From NCBI GenBank assembly GCA_963761985.1, contig CAVXIT010000002.1:18658-82657 (forward strand): a stretch of DNA of 64,000 bases, read 5' to 3'. Origin of the DNA: an uncultured Acidimicrobiia bacterium (GTDB taxonomy: Bacteria; Actinomycetota; Acidimicrobiia; Spongiisociales; ZC4RG35). Shown in pieces: positions 29,761 through 39,639 of the stretch. The first letter of the stretch is position 1, and each line of letters begins with the position of its first letter. Position numbers and translations under genes: made by a program. The notes beneath the pieces were generated by a model that was not told the origin of the DNA, searched no databases, and saw only the letters and a list, made by a program, of their open reading frames with translations.

Positions 29761-30684
29761 TCAGGACAGCGGCGTGACGATGAGCAGAGCCCGCCCTCCC
29801 AGCACGCCTGACCGCAGGGTGTAGCTGGCTCCGCCTGCGGACGCCTGACTCTCAATCCCATTGGGGAGCGGTCGTCTGGGTTCGATCCCGAGTTCGGCCA
29901 GGAGCTGGCGTCGCCCTTCACCGTCGAGCTCGGGGTTCACCGCGACGACGAGGGTGCCCCAAGCAGCGAGAACCTCCTCCCCCTGATCCTCACCGGTGGT
30001 CGGGCCGGCGGAAATCATGAGGGTCCGGACAAATCCGGTCGCGGGATCTTCAGTGGCATAAAGGGTCAGACCTTCGGCCAAATTCATCTGCAGTCGGTTC
30101 GGACTCGGCGCCTCGAGGAGGAACAGGTTCAGCCCCAGGCGATCCGCGGCCTCATTCCAGGCGAGCGTCACCTTGTCAACGCCTCCGGCAAAAAGCGCGG
30201 GAGTCGCCGGTGTCGTGGTTGCGGTCGGGCCGATGCTCCCCAGGTTGGGTGTGGGACGATCACGAGCAACGAGCGCTGTCACAAAAATCGCCAGCATCAC
30301 GATCGCCACGCCCAATCCCGCGACCTGAGCAAGCGAGAGATTCCCCCAAGTCGAAGGATTGGGGATTCTCGCTGCGGGTGGCGCAACGACAGGAGACGCC
30401 GCGGCGGCCGCCTCGGGAACAGGCGTCGATTCGGGCGCAGCAAGAGGCCAGCGCGTATCGATCCAGTCGTTGAGGGGATCCGGGTCCTTCGCCTGGAAAG
30501 CAGCCGCTTCCTCCCCGATCATCATCAAGAAGGCATCGCCACTCTTCGCCAGCCGGCAAGTGTCAAGTGGCCAGCGACCTAGCTGGCCGGCTTCGGAGTC
30601 GATCGCGAGAAAGTCTCCGTCAACCCGCAAGGTCGCCGGGAGCGGCAGATTGTCGTCCATGACCAGGGAACCCGAGAATTCCAT
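29761..30684 (-). CDS. hypothetical bitopic membrane protein with Pro/Ala-rich linker
   Basis: 307 aa; single TM LAQVAGLGVAIVMLAIFVTALVA. Confidence 0.4.
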   Translation of the reverse strand: MEFSGSLVMDDNLPLPATLRVDGDFLAIDSEAGQLGRWPLDTCRLAKSGDAFLMMIGEEAAAFQAKDPDPLNDWIDTRWPLAAPESTPVPEAAAAASPVVAPPAARIPNPSTWGNLSLAQVAGLGVAIVMLAIFVTALVARDRPTPNLGSIGPTATTTPATPALFAGGVDKVTLAWNEAADRLGLNLFLLEAPSPNRLQMNLAEGLTLYATEDPATGFVRTLMISAGPTTGEDQGEEVLAAWGTLVVAVNPELDGEGRRQLLAELGIEPRRPLPNGIESQASAGGASYTLRSGVLGGRALLIVTPLS

Positions 30685-30731
30685 CCCTGGTCAAGCTATC
30701 GCCTATACGACCGAAGGCCAGCCCCTCTACT

Positions 30732-31499
30732 CTACCAACAATTGGCACTGGCGTTCCACGGCGACCACCCTCCCGAGTAGACCAGCCAGGCCGCAGCCGC
30801 CACGTTGGCGACGGGATCAAAAATCGACGCCCCGGGCAATCCAATCGCGCTGGCTCGCTCCGGCCAGTAGCGAGGGATGTGCTGGAAGAGTCCCGCAGCC
30901 CCGCTCCGCGGGTTCACCGCGTTCGGATCGCCGCCCGACTCGCACGAGATCACCCGCAAAGCCTTGTCGACGTCAGTGGCGGCGAAATAGGCCGTGACCA
31001 ATGAACGCCATTCCTCCACCGGACGAGGCGCGGGTGCCGGAGCCACCACGAGGGGAGCCGGTGCCGGAGGAGCCTTAGGTGTTGCGACCGCCCCAACTGT
31101 GTTATTTGGCGTGTTGGTGGCCGTGGTAGTCGTAACTGGTTTCGAGGAGGAGTCGTCGACGCTCGGTTCCGGGGGCGGGTCCGCGCACGGACTGAGGCAG
31201 AAATCCTCCGGCCAGGGCAAAAGCCCAAAGTCGGGCGACTGCTCAGGGCTCTGCCGCATCTCGATCGCCCCGATCTCCGGGGAAACGTTTGCGACGGTCG
31301 GCGCCATGGCGGTGCCAACCACAAACAGCATGAAAATTATTGATATCGACGAAAAAGCCGAGCGCCAGCGACGCACGCAGCCCTCCCCTGTAGACAACAA
31401 ATGGGCGGCGGCTGTTAGCCAGCACTGAGCAAGAGGAGACACCCCGAAAGGCGTCTGCTTGAGCCCCGTGGAGTTTTTCCGCCCAACTCCGCCGGGCAA
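30732..31499 (-). CDS. membrane-anchored SLT-domain lytic transglycosylase
   Basis: SLT signature CESGGDPNAVNPRSGAAGLFQHIP (ES-G-x-NPNA-x-S-x-GA-x-GL-M/F-Q); N-terminal TM and Pro-rich linker. Confidence 0.7.
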   Translation of the reverse strand: MPGGVGRKNSTGLKQTPFGVSPLAQCWLTAAAHLLSTGEGCVRRWRSAFSSISIIFMLFVVGTAMAPTVANVSPEIGAIEMRQSPEQSPDFGLLPWPEDFCLSPCADPPPEPSVDDSSSKPVTTTTATNTPNNTVGAVATPKAPPAPAPLVVAPAPAPRPVEEWRSLVTAYFAATDVDKALRVISCESGGDPNAVNPRSGAAGLFQHIPRYWPERASAIGLPGASIFDPVANVAAAAWLVYSGGWSPWNASANCW

Positions 31500-31618
31500 G
31501 GTAGGGGCTAGGTCAAACCTATGGCAAACCGCCGATGACCAGCAGCCGCGCCGAAAAGTCCCTCGAAAAGTCTTAACCTCTACTTGAGGCTGGGGGATTT
31601 GCCAGGTGATTCAGCTCG

Positions 31619-32050
31619 CTAGACCAGACTTGATTCAACCGTGATTTCGACGTTGCCTTTGAGCGCATTCGACACCGGGCAACCGTCCTTGGCGGCGGTG
31701 GCCGCAGCGACAAAAGCGGCGTCCTCCATGTCCGGTACGTCGCCGGTCACTTTCAACGCCATTCGCACCAGGCGCCAGCCGGCCTCGACCTTTTCGAAGC
31801 TAGCGGTGGCCGTCGTTTCGAGCGAGGTGGGCGTGAAACCCTCCCGGCCGAGACCGGCGGAAAGGGACATGTTGAAACAGGCGGCGTGAGCGCCAGCGAT
31901 CAACTCTTCGGGACTGGTCTTCCCTCCCGCCGACTCGGTGCGGCTCGGCCAGCTGACCTCCATCACCCCACCGGTCCCCGTGGCGAGTGAGACGTCCCCC
32001 GATCCTTCGCTGAGGTTCCCCTCCCAACGCGATGTTGCCCGACTATCCAT
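31619..32050 (-). CDS. OsmC/Ohr family peroxiredoxin
   Basis: 143 aa; two conserved Cys (AHAACFNMSL, DGCPVSNAL). Confidence 0.85.
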   Translation of the reverse strand: MDSRATSRWEGNLSEGSGDVSLATGTGGVMEVSWPSRTESAGGKTSPEELIAGAHAACFNMSLSAGLGREGFTPTSLETTATASFEKVEAGWRLVRMALKVTGDVPDMEDAAFVAAATAAKDGCPVSNALKGNVEITVESSLV

Positions 32051-32097
32051 TTGTCCTCCTTGTTGTGCCTGGCCACGAGCGTAGGCCGAAGGTCTTC

Positions 32098-32129
32098 TTC
32101 TCAGGCAATTCTCAGTGAATTCCTAGCAA
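32098..32129. promoter_or_regulatory. three tandem ~11-bp direct repeats TTCTCAGGCAA / TTCTCAGTGAA / TTCCTAGCAA (candidate OmpR-family RR binding site)
   Basis: Helical-turn-phased direct repeats about 30 bp upstream of the RR gene start (32161), in the OsmC/RR divergent region. Confidence 0.45.
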
Positions 32130-32160
32130 TAACGAAACGGGTGCCCATAGGGTTTGGGAC

Positions 32161-32856
32161 GTGACAAGCCCTGCGCAGCTACTGGTCGTCGACGACGAGG
32201 AAAGCCTGGCCGAGATGCTGGGGACTGCGTTGCGTTTCGCCGGCTACGACGTGAAGCTCGCATCGGGGGGGATCGAAGCCCTGCGGGCGGTCAAAGACGA
32301 TCCCCCTGACCTCGTGGTCCTCGACGTGAACCTACCGGACCTCGATGGCTTTGAGGTCTGTCGCCGTTTGCGCCGGGATGGTCACGAGATGCCGCTGATC
32401 TTTCTCACTGCGAGGGACGCCATGGCTGACATGCGATCCGGTTTTCACCATGGAGGCGACGACTATCTCACCAAGCCCTTCAGCCTCGAGGAACTTGGCT
32501 TGCGAATCGACGCGCTGTTGCGTCGCGCCAGGGGAACCAACCTCGAGCCGAGCCGGATCGTCAACGGTGCCTTGACAATCGACGACACCGCCCATCAGGT
32601 GTTCGTTGACGAAACCCCAGTGCAACTTTCGCCGACGGAATATCGCTTGCTTCGCTACCTGACTCTGAATCGAGATCGGGTGCTGTCCAAAGATCAAATT
32701 CTCGATTACGTGTGGGAGTACGACTTCGGCGGGAACGCCGGGATCGTCGAGACCTACATCGGATATCTGCGCAAGAAGCTCGGCCCTTCATTGTCGAAAC
32801 GAATCGAAACGGTGCGCGGGTTCGGTTACGTTCTGCGGACCAAGCCCCAGGGTTAG
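32161..32856 (+). CDS. OmpR-family response regulator
   Basis: LLVVDDEESLAEMLGTAL receiver; winged helix VETYIGYLRKKLG. Confidence 0.9.
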   Translation: MTSPAQLLVVDDEESLAEMLGTALRFAGYDVKLASGGIEALRAVKDDPPDLVVLDVNLPDLDGFEVCRRLRRDGHEMPLIFLTARDAMADMRSGFHHGGDDYLTKPFSLEELGLRIDALLRRARGTNLEPSRIVNGALTIDDTAHQVFVDETPVQLSPTEYRLLRYLTLNRDRVLSKDQILDYVWEYDFGGNAGIVETYIGYLRKKLGPSLSKRIETVRGFGYVLRTKPQG

Positions 32857-32862
32857 CTTGCA

Positions 32863-34230
32863 ATGACCCTGCGCGCCCGTTTGATCGCGGCGGTCACAGT
32901 GTTGCTGCTGTTGGTCATCGCGGTGTTCGGTTTCGTTGCGGTCAATAGCCAACGGCGAGTGCTCATGGCCCAGGTTGACGAGCGACTCGAGTTGGCGCTC
33001 AACCAACCCGTCCGGCAACGGTTTGATCGCCCCCGCGGGGGTGGGGACCGATTGCTCGCCGAGCTAATCCTCGATCCCAGCGGCGTCATCGTCGCTTCGG
33101 CCCCCTCAGGGATCGAAGGAGCAGATGACCCATTGCCGGCGACGGCGAGCCTTCCAACCCCTGCTCTCAACCAGTACCAACTGGTGACCATCGCCGCGAC
33201 CGACGAATCGCCCTCGTTCCGGGTTGGAGTGCGGTCGTTTCGAGGCGGCTATCGGTTGGTAGTGGCGCAGCCGCTCGACGATGTGACTGCGGCCACGAGA
33301 GCTTTGCGAACCCGCCTAGTGCTGGCCGGATTGGCGATCCTGATCGTCGGGGCAGCCGCGGTGTGGGTGACTGTTCGCCGTGGTCTGCGTCCGGTCGACG
33401 ACATGATCGCGGCAGCGACTGAGATCGCCGACGGTGACCTTTCGAGACGGGTGGCCGCTGCAAGCCCGGCCACCGAATTGGGCAAGCTGGCCGGAGCTCT
33501 CAACCACATGCTTTCCAACATCGAAGGAGCGTTCGACTCCGAGGCGCGCGCCAACGAGCGGCTGAAACAGTTCGTCGCCGATGCCTCCCACGAGCTCCGC
33601 ACTCCCCTCGCGGCTATCGCCGGATACAGCGAACTTCATCGCAAAGGCGCTCTCGAAGATGACGTCGCGATTGATCGGGCGATGAGTCGGATCGAGGCGG
33701 AGGCTCGAAGGATGACCAACCTCGTCGAGGATCTCTTGTTGCTCGCCCGGCTCGATCTCGACCAGGCGCCCAGTCATCAGCGAATCGAGCTGAGAACGCT
33801 GGTCGAAGACGCCGCGGCGGACTGTCGGGCGATCGATCCCGGCCGAGCCGTAACCATCAGCGGATCCTCGCGCTCCGTGATAAATGGGGATCCAGAGCAA
33901 CTCACCCAGGTACTGGCCAACTTGCTGGCTAACGCCCGCGCCCACACCCCTCCAGCCACGCCGATTCAAATCGACGTCCACGAACACGAGAATGAGGTGG
34001 AGCTCGTTGTCAGCGACCAGGGTCCCGGCTTTCCTCCGGAAGCCCTCGACTCGGTCTTCGATCGGTTCTATCGGGCGGACAGCTCACGGTCGCGCAAGAG
34101 CGGCGGGGCCGGCCTCGGGCTGGCAATAGTCGATGCAATCGCTCGCGCTCACGGAGGGAGGGCGATTGCGAGTAATGCCAATGGCGGCGGAGCTCGCATG
34201 GCCGTAGTCCTCCCCAAGACTCTGGGTTGA
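32863..34230 (+). CDS. two-component sensor histidine kinase
   Basis: Two TM segments, HAMP, H-box ADASHELRTPLAAIAGY, HATPase G-boxes (GGAGLGLAIV). Confidence 0.9.
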   Translation: MTLRARLIAAVTVLLLLVIAVFGFVAVNSQRRVLMAQVDERLELALNQPVRQRFDRPRGGGDRLLAELILDPSGVIVASAPSGIEGADDPLPATASLPTPALNQYQLVTIAATDESPSFRVGVRSFRGGYRLVVAQPLDDVTAATRALRTRLVLAGLAILIVGAAAVWVTVRRGLRPVDDMIAAATEIADGDLSRRVAAASPATELGKLAGALNHMLSNIEGAFDSEARANERLKQFVADASHELRTPLAAIAGYSELHRKGALEDDVAIDRAMSRIEAEARRMTNLVEDLLLLARLDLDQAPSHQRIELRTLVEDAAADCRAIDPGRAVTISGSSRSVINGDPEQLTQVLANLLANARAHTPPATPIQIDVHEHENEVELVVSDQGPGFPPEALDSVFDRFYRADSSRSRKSGGAGLGLAIVDAIARAHGGRAIASNANGGGARMAVVLPKTLG

Positions 34231-34300
34231 TTCTCAGCTTCGATCGGGTCCGATCTCAGCTTCGACTCGAATCATGATTGGTGTTGGAAACGAAAGGAGC

Positions 34301-34933
34301 ATGAAAGTGTCCAACGAAATGCCAAACGATCGACTCGACAGGAAGGAGGCAGTCAAGAAGCGAATGGGGGTAGCTGCCCTTGCCGCCATGCTTGGCCTCC
34401 TGCTCGGGGCGACCATCTTCGTCCCCAACCTGGCCGGAGCTCAAGAGTCGACGACGACCACGACAGCCGGTGACGAATCCACAAACGAATCCACTGGGGA
34501 TCGCCTTGCCAACCGCCAGGATCGAATTCGGACCGCGCTCGATGGTCTCGTCGCCAATGGAACCATCACGTCGGCGCAAGCCGATGCTGTGGCCGCTGAA
34601 CTCGCGGGGCAATGGCCCGAGCGCGGACGGCGTTTCCACCGGTTGCACTTTGGCCTTGACGTCGTCTCGACAACGATCGGAATAACCGAGGCCGAACTAC
34701 GCGAAGCCCTGCGTGGTGGCCAAACGATCGCTGAGGTCGCCGAAGCGAACGGCGTAAGCGCACAAACTGTTATCGACGCGATTGTGGCGGCGGTCACTAC
34801 ACGCGTGGACGAAGCTCTCGCCGCTGGCAACATCGACGAAGCGAGGGCCGCGCAGGTCAAAGAGAACGCAGTGGCCCGTGCCACGGAGATCGTCAACAAA
34901 CAGTGGCCGACCCGACCTGGGGATTCGGCCTAG
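34301..34933 (+). CDS. secreted Ala-rich helical protein of unknown function
   Basis: Signal peptide MGVAALAAMLGLLLGATIFVPNLAGA; Thr-rich linker; repeated ITxAQADAV / ITEAELREAL helices. Confidence 0.4.
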   Translation: MKVSNEMPNDRLDRKEAVKKRMGVAALAAMLGLLLGATIFVPNLAGAQESTTTTTAGDESTNESTGDRLANRQDRIRTALDGLVANGTITSAQADAVAAELAGQWPERGRRFHRLHFGLDVVSTTIGITEAELREALRGGQTIAEVAEANGVSAQTVIDAIVAAVTTRVDEALAAGNIDEARAAQVKENAVARATEIVNKQWPTRPGDSA

Positions 34934-34940
34934 CCCGAAG

Positions 34941-35011
34941 ACGTCAGATGTCAGACTTCAGAGGTCAGATCCCAATCTGATGTCTGCTGTCTGATGTCTG
35001 ATGTCTGATGT
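34941..35011. repeat. inverted array of heptamer repeats forming a long imperfect hairpin: (GACGTCA GATGTCA GACTTCA GAGGTCA) GAT-CCCA-ATC (TGATGTC TGCTGTC TGATGTC TGATGTC TGATGTC)
   Basis: Fills the whole 78-bp gap between convergent genes; about 18 of 24 arm positions pair; probable bidirectional terminator. Confidence 0.6.
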
Positions 35012-35911
35012 CTAGAGAAAATGAGGCTGCACCCACGCGATTCCCAGCTCGTTGGTTACTCGAGCGCGAAGGAATTCGAAGCGATCTACCGCCAACCGTG
35101 CTTCTTCGCCCGAGACGACTTCGACGACTACTCCATCACCGATGAACTCGATCTGGGAAGGGCGGTCGGCGATCACCAACAGCTTTCCCTTTTCCACGGA
35201 AACAGCTTCGAGCCGGGGCCCGGTGGACGAAAAGAAATCGCCCTGACCCAGGGCGGCGAGGATCTCATCGGCGCTGGCATTCGACGCTTCGACATGCACC
35301 CATCCCCGTCCGGGATTGGCTCGATCGGCACCAAAGGAGAGAAAGTGATGGGCGTCGTCCACCGCCAAACCCCAGACCACCCGGCCCCGGCTCAAGACGA
35401 GATTCCAGACCTCCTCCATCGGTGGCTGCGAGGCAGTGCCCTCGTTAGCGGCCAGATGATGGCCGTTGTAGAGCTCGAGAAAAGTCAGATTGTTTAGTGC
35501 AGCGATCTGATCCCAGGTGACCGACTCCCAGAAATTCGGGTGGTTGACACTGGCGAGGCCCCCATCGGCGACGACACGATCGACCATCTCCTGGAGCACG
35601 ACCTCGACCGAGCCTCCCTCGGCGTCACCGTGGACTGTCGAGGTCCCGTAACCGTTGACATGCAGGGCATAGGTGCGGTCAGGCCCCGGCCACCAAGTCG
35701 AAAGCTCCTCCCCGGGGATCAACAAGAGGCTCCGACCCTCGGCGCGCAGCTCGGCCTGGAGCTCCTCGGGCGGGAAACGCACGTTGTGATCGGAAATGAC
35801 CAAGAAGTCGTACCCGTGGTCGTCGTACCAGCGGGCCACTTCGCCCGGCGGGCTGTCACCATCGGTGAGATTGGTGTGGGTGTGAAGGTTGCCTTTCAGC
35901 CAGGCCATCAA
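35012..35911 (-). CDS. PHP-domain (CehA/McbA-like) metal-dependent phosphoesterase
   Basis: N-terminal HTHT metal-binding motif (NLHTHTNLTDGD); 299 aa. Confidence 0.7.
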   Translation of the reverse strand: MMAWLKGNLHTHTNLTDGDSPPGEVARWYDDHGYDFLVISDHNVRFPPEELQAELRAEGRSLLLIPGEELSTWWPGPDRTYALHVNGYGTSTVHGDAEGGSVEVVLQEMVDRVVADGGLASVNHPNFWESVTWDQIAALNNLTFLELYNGHHLAANEGTASQPPMEEVWNLVLSRGRVVWGLAVDDAHHFLSFGADRANPGRGWVHVEASNASADEILAALGQGDFFSSTGPRLEAVSVEKGKLLVIADRPSQIEFIGDGVVVEVVSGEEARLAVDRFEFLRARVTNELGIAWVQPHFL

Positions 35912-36010
35912 GAGACCTGTCTAGCGCTCTCGGCAGTAGGCCCAATCGCCAGACGAATTGCGAGGGGGAATCATTAGGCTCTGGGGTCTAAACCCTTAAG
36001 GAACCAACAA

Positions 36011-36166
36011 GTGATCTTTGCATATATCGATCCCGGAACCGGCAGTCTGCTTTTGCAGGCGATCCTCGGTGGGATTGCGGGCCTCGCGGTCTTTTTCAAG
36101 ACCACCGGGCGTCGGCTTTTCCGGCGGACTCCAAAAGTCGAATCCGAGTCTCCCGCCGACGTCTAG
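36011..36166 (+). CDS. candidate 51-aa small membrane protein preceding the methyltransferase/LtaS-like genes
   Basis: GTG start with AAGGA SD 8-12 nt upstream; VIFAYIDPGTGSLLLQAILGGIAGLAVFFKTTGRRLF... Confidence 0.35.
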   Translation: MIFAYIDPGTGSLLLQAILGGIAGLAVFFKTTGRRLFRRTPKVESESPADV

Positions 36167-36181
36167 TCGGCCAAGGGGTGG

Positions 36182-37558
36182 GTGAATCGCCCAATCGAAA
36201 ATCAAATGGCGGGCGCAACCGACTTTGACCCCGGCTCCTTTCGGGATCCCGCCAGTCGCGTCTTCTCACGCGACGGCGTCGTCAAGCGTGCGCTGACGGA
36301 ACAGGGCCGGTCGGATTGGGATGCACTATCAAAGAGTGGTCTGCTCGATGACTGGCAGGGGCGGTTGGTTTCAACTGAGTTAGCGGCCGACGGCCAGACC
36401 CTCGTCCACGACAAGATCGAGTTGTGGACCTATCCGTACGAGTGGTCCTTTTCGATGCTCAAGCGCGCCGCGCTCTTCCATCTCGAGTTGAACCTGGCGG
36501 CGCTTGAACGGGGCCTCGACCTCAAGGATGCAACGCCTTACAACATCCAGTTTGTCGGCCTAGAACCAAGCTTCGTCGACCTCGGCTCGTTTCGGCCTTA
36601 TCGCCCCGGTGACCCGTGGATCGGCTACGGACAGTTCTGCCGCATGTTTCTCTATCCCCTCCTGATCCAGGCATATGCCGGAATCTCATTCCAGCCACTT
36701 TTGCGTGGCTCCCTTGATGGCGTAGATCCGGACACTGCAAACGCGATGCTCAAAGGTCAAAAGCTCCGTCCGGGGGTCGCCCTCGATGTCGCTCTCCAGG
36801 CTCGGGCGCAACGCAAAACAACTTCTAATAGAGATGTGCGAGGGGAGCTGGGCGCGGCAGGTTTCAAGCCGGAGATGATTACGGCCAACCTCAGGAGGCT
36901 CGTCGGCATCGTTTCTCGCCTGGAGTGGTCACCAGACAGCTCGACATGGGCGGGTTATGCCGAATGTTCTCACGTCGCCAGCCAGCGGCAGGCGAAGGCG
37001 GACTTTGTCACCGTCGCTCTCCGCGAAAGATCCCGCCACCTGGTGTGGGACCTCGGTGCCAACGATGGTTACTTTTCGAGACTTGCGGCTGAGCAGGCGA
37101 GCCTGGTGCTCGCAGCCGACGCCGATCATCTTGTAGTCGACCGCCTCTACCGGGATTTGGTCAAGAACGGACCTCGCAATGTCCTGCCGATCGTGTTCGA
37201 CCTCGCCAACCCCTCACCGGGACTCGGCTGGCGGGGCCGCGAGCGGCGTCGCCTGGAAGATCGCGGGCAGCCGGATCTCGTTCTTTTCCTCGCGGTCATG
37301 CACCATCTCGTCGTCGCGGGGAACTTGCCGCTCTCGGAAGTGGTGAGCTGGCTGGCGAGCCTCCACAGCGAGGTTGTTTTCGAATGGGTACCACCCACCG
37401 ATCCCATGGCCAAAACCCTCGCGATCAACAAGCGAGCCGGAGAAATTCACCCTGACTACAACGAACGGAGCCTGCGAACGCTTCTCGATTCGAACTTCAC
37501 GACCCAGGCCGAGAAGGAATTGGAAGGCCGCATTCTTTTCCACCTCATCCCACGCTGA
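36182..37558 (+). CDS. two-domain class I SAM-dependent methyltransferase
   Basis: C-terminal SAM motif VWDLGANDGYFS; start may be ATG 36206. Confidence 0.6.
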   Translation: MNRPIENQMAGATDFDPGSFRDPASRVFSRDGVVKRALTEQGRSDWDALSKSGLLDDWQGRLVSTELAADGQTLVHDKIELWTYPYEWSFSMLKRAALFHLELNLAALERGLDLKDATPYNIQFVGLEPSFVDLGSFRPYRPGDPWIGYGQFCRMFLYPLLIQAYAGISFQPLLRGSLDGVDPDTANAMLKGQKLRPGVALDVALQARAQRKTTSNRDVRGELGAAGFKPEMITANLRRLVGIVSRLEWSPDSSTWAGYAECSHVASQRQAKADFVTVALRERSRHLVWDLGANDGYFSRLAAEQASLVLAADADHLVVDRLYRDLVKNGPRNVLPIVFDLANPSPGLGWRGRERRRLEDRGQPDLVLFLAVMHHLVVAGNLPLSEVVSWLASLHSEVVFEWVPPTDPMAKTLAINKRAGEIHPDYNERSLRTLLDSNFTTQAEKELEGRILFHLIPR

Positions 37559-37567
37559 GGCTGCACG

Positions 37568-39574
37568 ATGACCCGCACAGCTATGAGCCGGGCGACGCGC
37601 ATCCGAGTGGCGCTGGCCTTGGGCGCCTTCGCTCTCGCTTGGCCGATCCTCGACATCCTCGGCCGCAACGCTGAGTTCTTCATCGCCCGCGGATCGACTC
37701 GCAGCGAGGTCATCGGCATCCTTTTGCTACTGGCGGTCGCTTTACCGATCATCGCCAGTCTTCCCGCTGCGCTCCCCGGTCGGTTCGGGCGGCTGGTCGG
37801 TGAGATCTGGCTATGGCTGCTTGGCGTTGCCCTCGGCTACTTGATTGTCCGCCGGCTCGACTGGCCCTGGCCCGAGGTGCTGGCGCTTGTCTTCGGTGGC
37901 GCGGTCCTCTTCGGACTCTTACGCCTGGAGGGCATTCGTTCGACATTTGCAATTCTCGCCTGGAGCCCGATCGCCATGGCCGCGTTTTTCTTGTTCGCGA
38001 CTCCCTCGGGTGCGCTGGCCCTTGACAGCGGCGCCCCGGTCACCGCTGCGGTAGACCCGAACAAGACCCCTTCGATCGTCCTCTTGGTCCTCGACGAATT
38101 TCCTTTGGCTTCACTAATCGATCCGGACGGGAACTTGCGCGTTGAGCGCTACCCCAATTTCGCTCGCCTGGCCGCGGAAGGCACCTGGTTCCGGAACGCG
38201 ATGACGGTGCAACAGCAGACCGAGCACTCTGTCCCTTCGATCGTGACCGGCATCAACCCGGCCCGGTCCCTCAACCCCTACGCGGGCCAATACCCGGGAA
38301 GCTTGTTCACCGCGCTGTCCTCCGCGTACCAAATGGAAGTCGACGAGACGATGACCCAGATGTGCCCTGTCACCGTTTGCGCGCCGAGTCCTGATCGGGT
38401 GACCCGGGGGTCGCTCGCCAACGATCTGGGAGTTATTGCCGGTCATGTTCTCCTCCCGCCCCCCTTGACCGAATCGCTCCCTCCGATCGATCGGAATTGG
38501 GGAAGCTTTGGCGCGGCCACCGAAGACTTCAATGCCATCCAGTCGTTCAACACCGCACGCCGCTCCGACCCGCGTCTGGCGGTGGAGCACCTCGCCGATT
38601 CGATCGAGCGTTCAGACCGGGAACGGCCGACCTTCTTCTTCACCCACGCGTTGTTACCTCACAATCCCTGGCAGTTCTTGCCAACTGGCCAGCGCTATCC
38701 GCTCGACTCGGAAAGATTGCCGGGAAGCAACAAGACCGGTTGGGGGGACAACGCCTGGCTATCGGCCCAAGCCCTGCAGAGACACCTGTTGCAGGTGCAG
38801 TACATCGACACGGCCCTGGGCGAGGTGATCGAGGCGATGGAGCGAGCAGGCATTTACGACGACTCGCTCCTGATCGTCGTGGCCGACCATGGCATTGCCC
38901 TCCGGCCGAACATTGAGCACTGGCGCCAGATCGCCCCGGACACCGTCGGAGAGATCGCGGCCGTCCCGTTATTCGTCAAGGCTCCAAATGGAGAGGGGGC
39001 AGGGTTAATCGACGATCGCCGGGCTCTAACCGTCGACATCGTCCCGACCATCGCCGACGTGCTCGAGGTCGATTTCCCCTGGACGACCGAAGGAAGCTCG
39101 CTGTTTGCCCCGGAACCCGAACGAACCGAAACGACAACCAGCGGCCCACAATCTGACGCCACCTATGGAGTCGGCGGCGAAGAGAAGTTGGCAGTGGCCG
39201 CACGCAACGCAAACTGGTTCCCGACCGGCGATCCGTATGAGCTACTACCTCCGGGGGCCCCGGACCTGGTGGGCAATGACGAGTCGGCCATTCCCGGCAT
39301 CCGCGAGGACATCACGATCCGAATCGATCGGAAGGAACGGTTTGCCGACATCGACCCTGCCGCCGACACCATTCCCGCCCGCGTCACCGGCACGCTGGCT
39401 GGTCTCGGCCCGAGCGAGGAGGTCCTCGTCGCTGTGGTCATCAATGGTGAGATAGAAGCCGTGGTCCGGTCATTCCACGATCGAGGGCGGACTGGCTTCC
39501 AGGCAATGATTCCGCCGTCCAGCCTCCGGGCCGGGGGCAACACAGTGGACGTCATCGCGTTTGGATCTGGCTAG
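37568..39574 (+). CDS. LtaS/sulfatase-like (alkaline phosphatase superfamily) membrane transferase
   Basis: N-terminal 5-TM region; extracytoplasmic sulfatase-like core VLLVLDEFPLASL...TEHSVPSIVTG. Confidence 0.7.
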   Translation: MTRTAMSRATRIRVALALGAFALAWPILDILGRNAEFFIARGSTRSEVIGILLLLAVALPIIASLPAALPGRFGRLVGEIWLWLLGVALGYLIVRRLDWPWPEVLALVFGGAVLFGLLRLEGIRSTFAILAWSPIAMAAFFLFATPSGALALDSGAPVTAAVDPNKTPSIVLLVLDEFPLASLIDPDGNLRVERYPNFARLAAEGTWFRNAMTVQQQTEHSVPSIVTGINPARSLNPYAGQYPGSLFTALSSAYQMEVDETMTQMCPVTVCAPSPDRVTRGSLANDLGVIAGHVLLPPPLTESLPPIDRNWGSFGAATEDFNAIQSFNTARRSDPRLAVEHLADSIERSDRERPTFFFTHALLPHNPWQFLPTGQRYPLDSERLPGSNKTGWGDNAWLSAQALQRHLLQVQYIDTALGEVIEAMERAGIYDDSLLIVVADHGIALRPNIEHWRQIAPDTVGEIAAVPLFVKAPNGEGAGLIDDRRALTVDIVPTIADVLEVDFPWTTEGSSLFAPEPERTETTTSGPQSDATYGVGGEEKLAVAARNANWFPTGDPYELLPPGAPDLVGNDESAIPGIREDITIRIDRKERFADIDPAADTIPARVTGTLAGLGPSEEVLVAVVINGEIEAVVRSFHDRGRTGFQAMIPPSSLRAGGNTVDVIAFGSG

Positions 39575-39639
39575 TGGTTGTAGAAATGCGAGAATGTCGC
39601 CAGGCATAGGTTTTACAGAAATGATCGTGAGCTGATGCG

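Noticed and set aside
34941-35011. Possible CRISPR array because of tandem repeats
   Set aside because: The repeat unit is only 7 bp with no spacers, and no cas genes are nearby. It is a heptamer inverted array or hairpin, not CRISPR.
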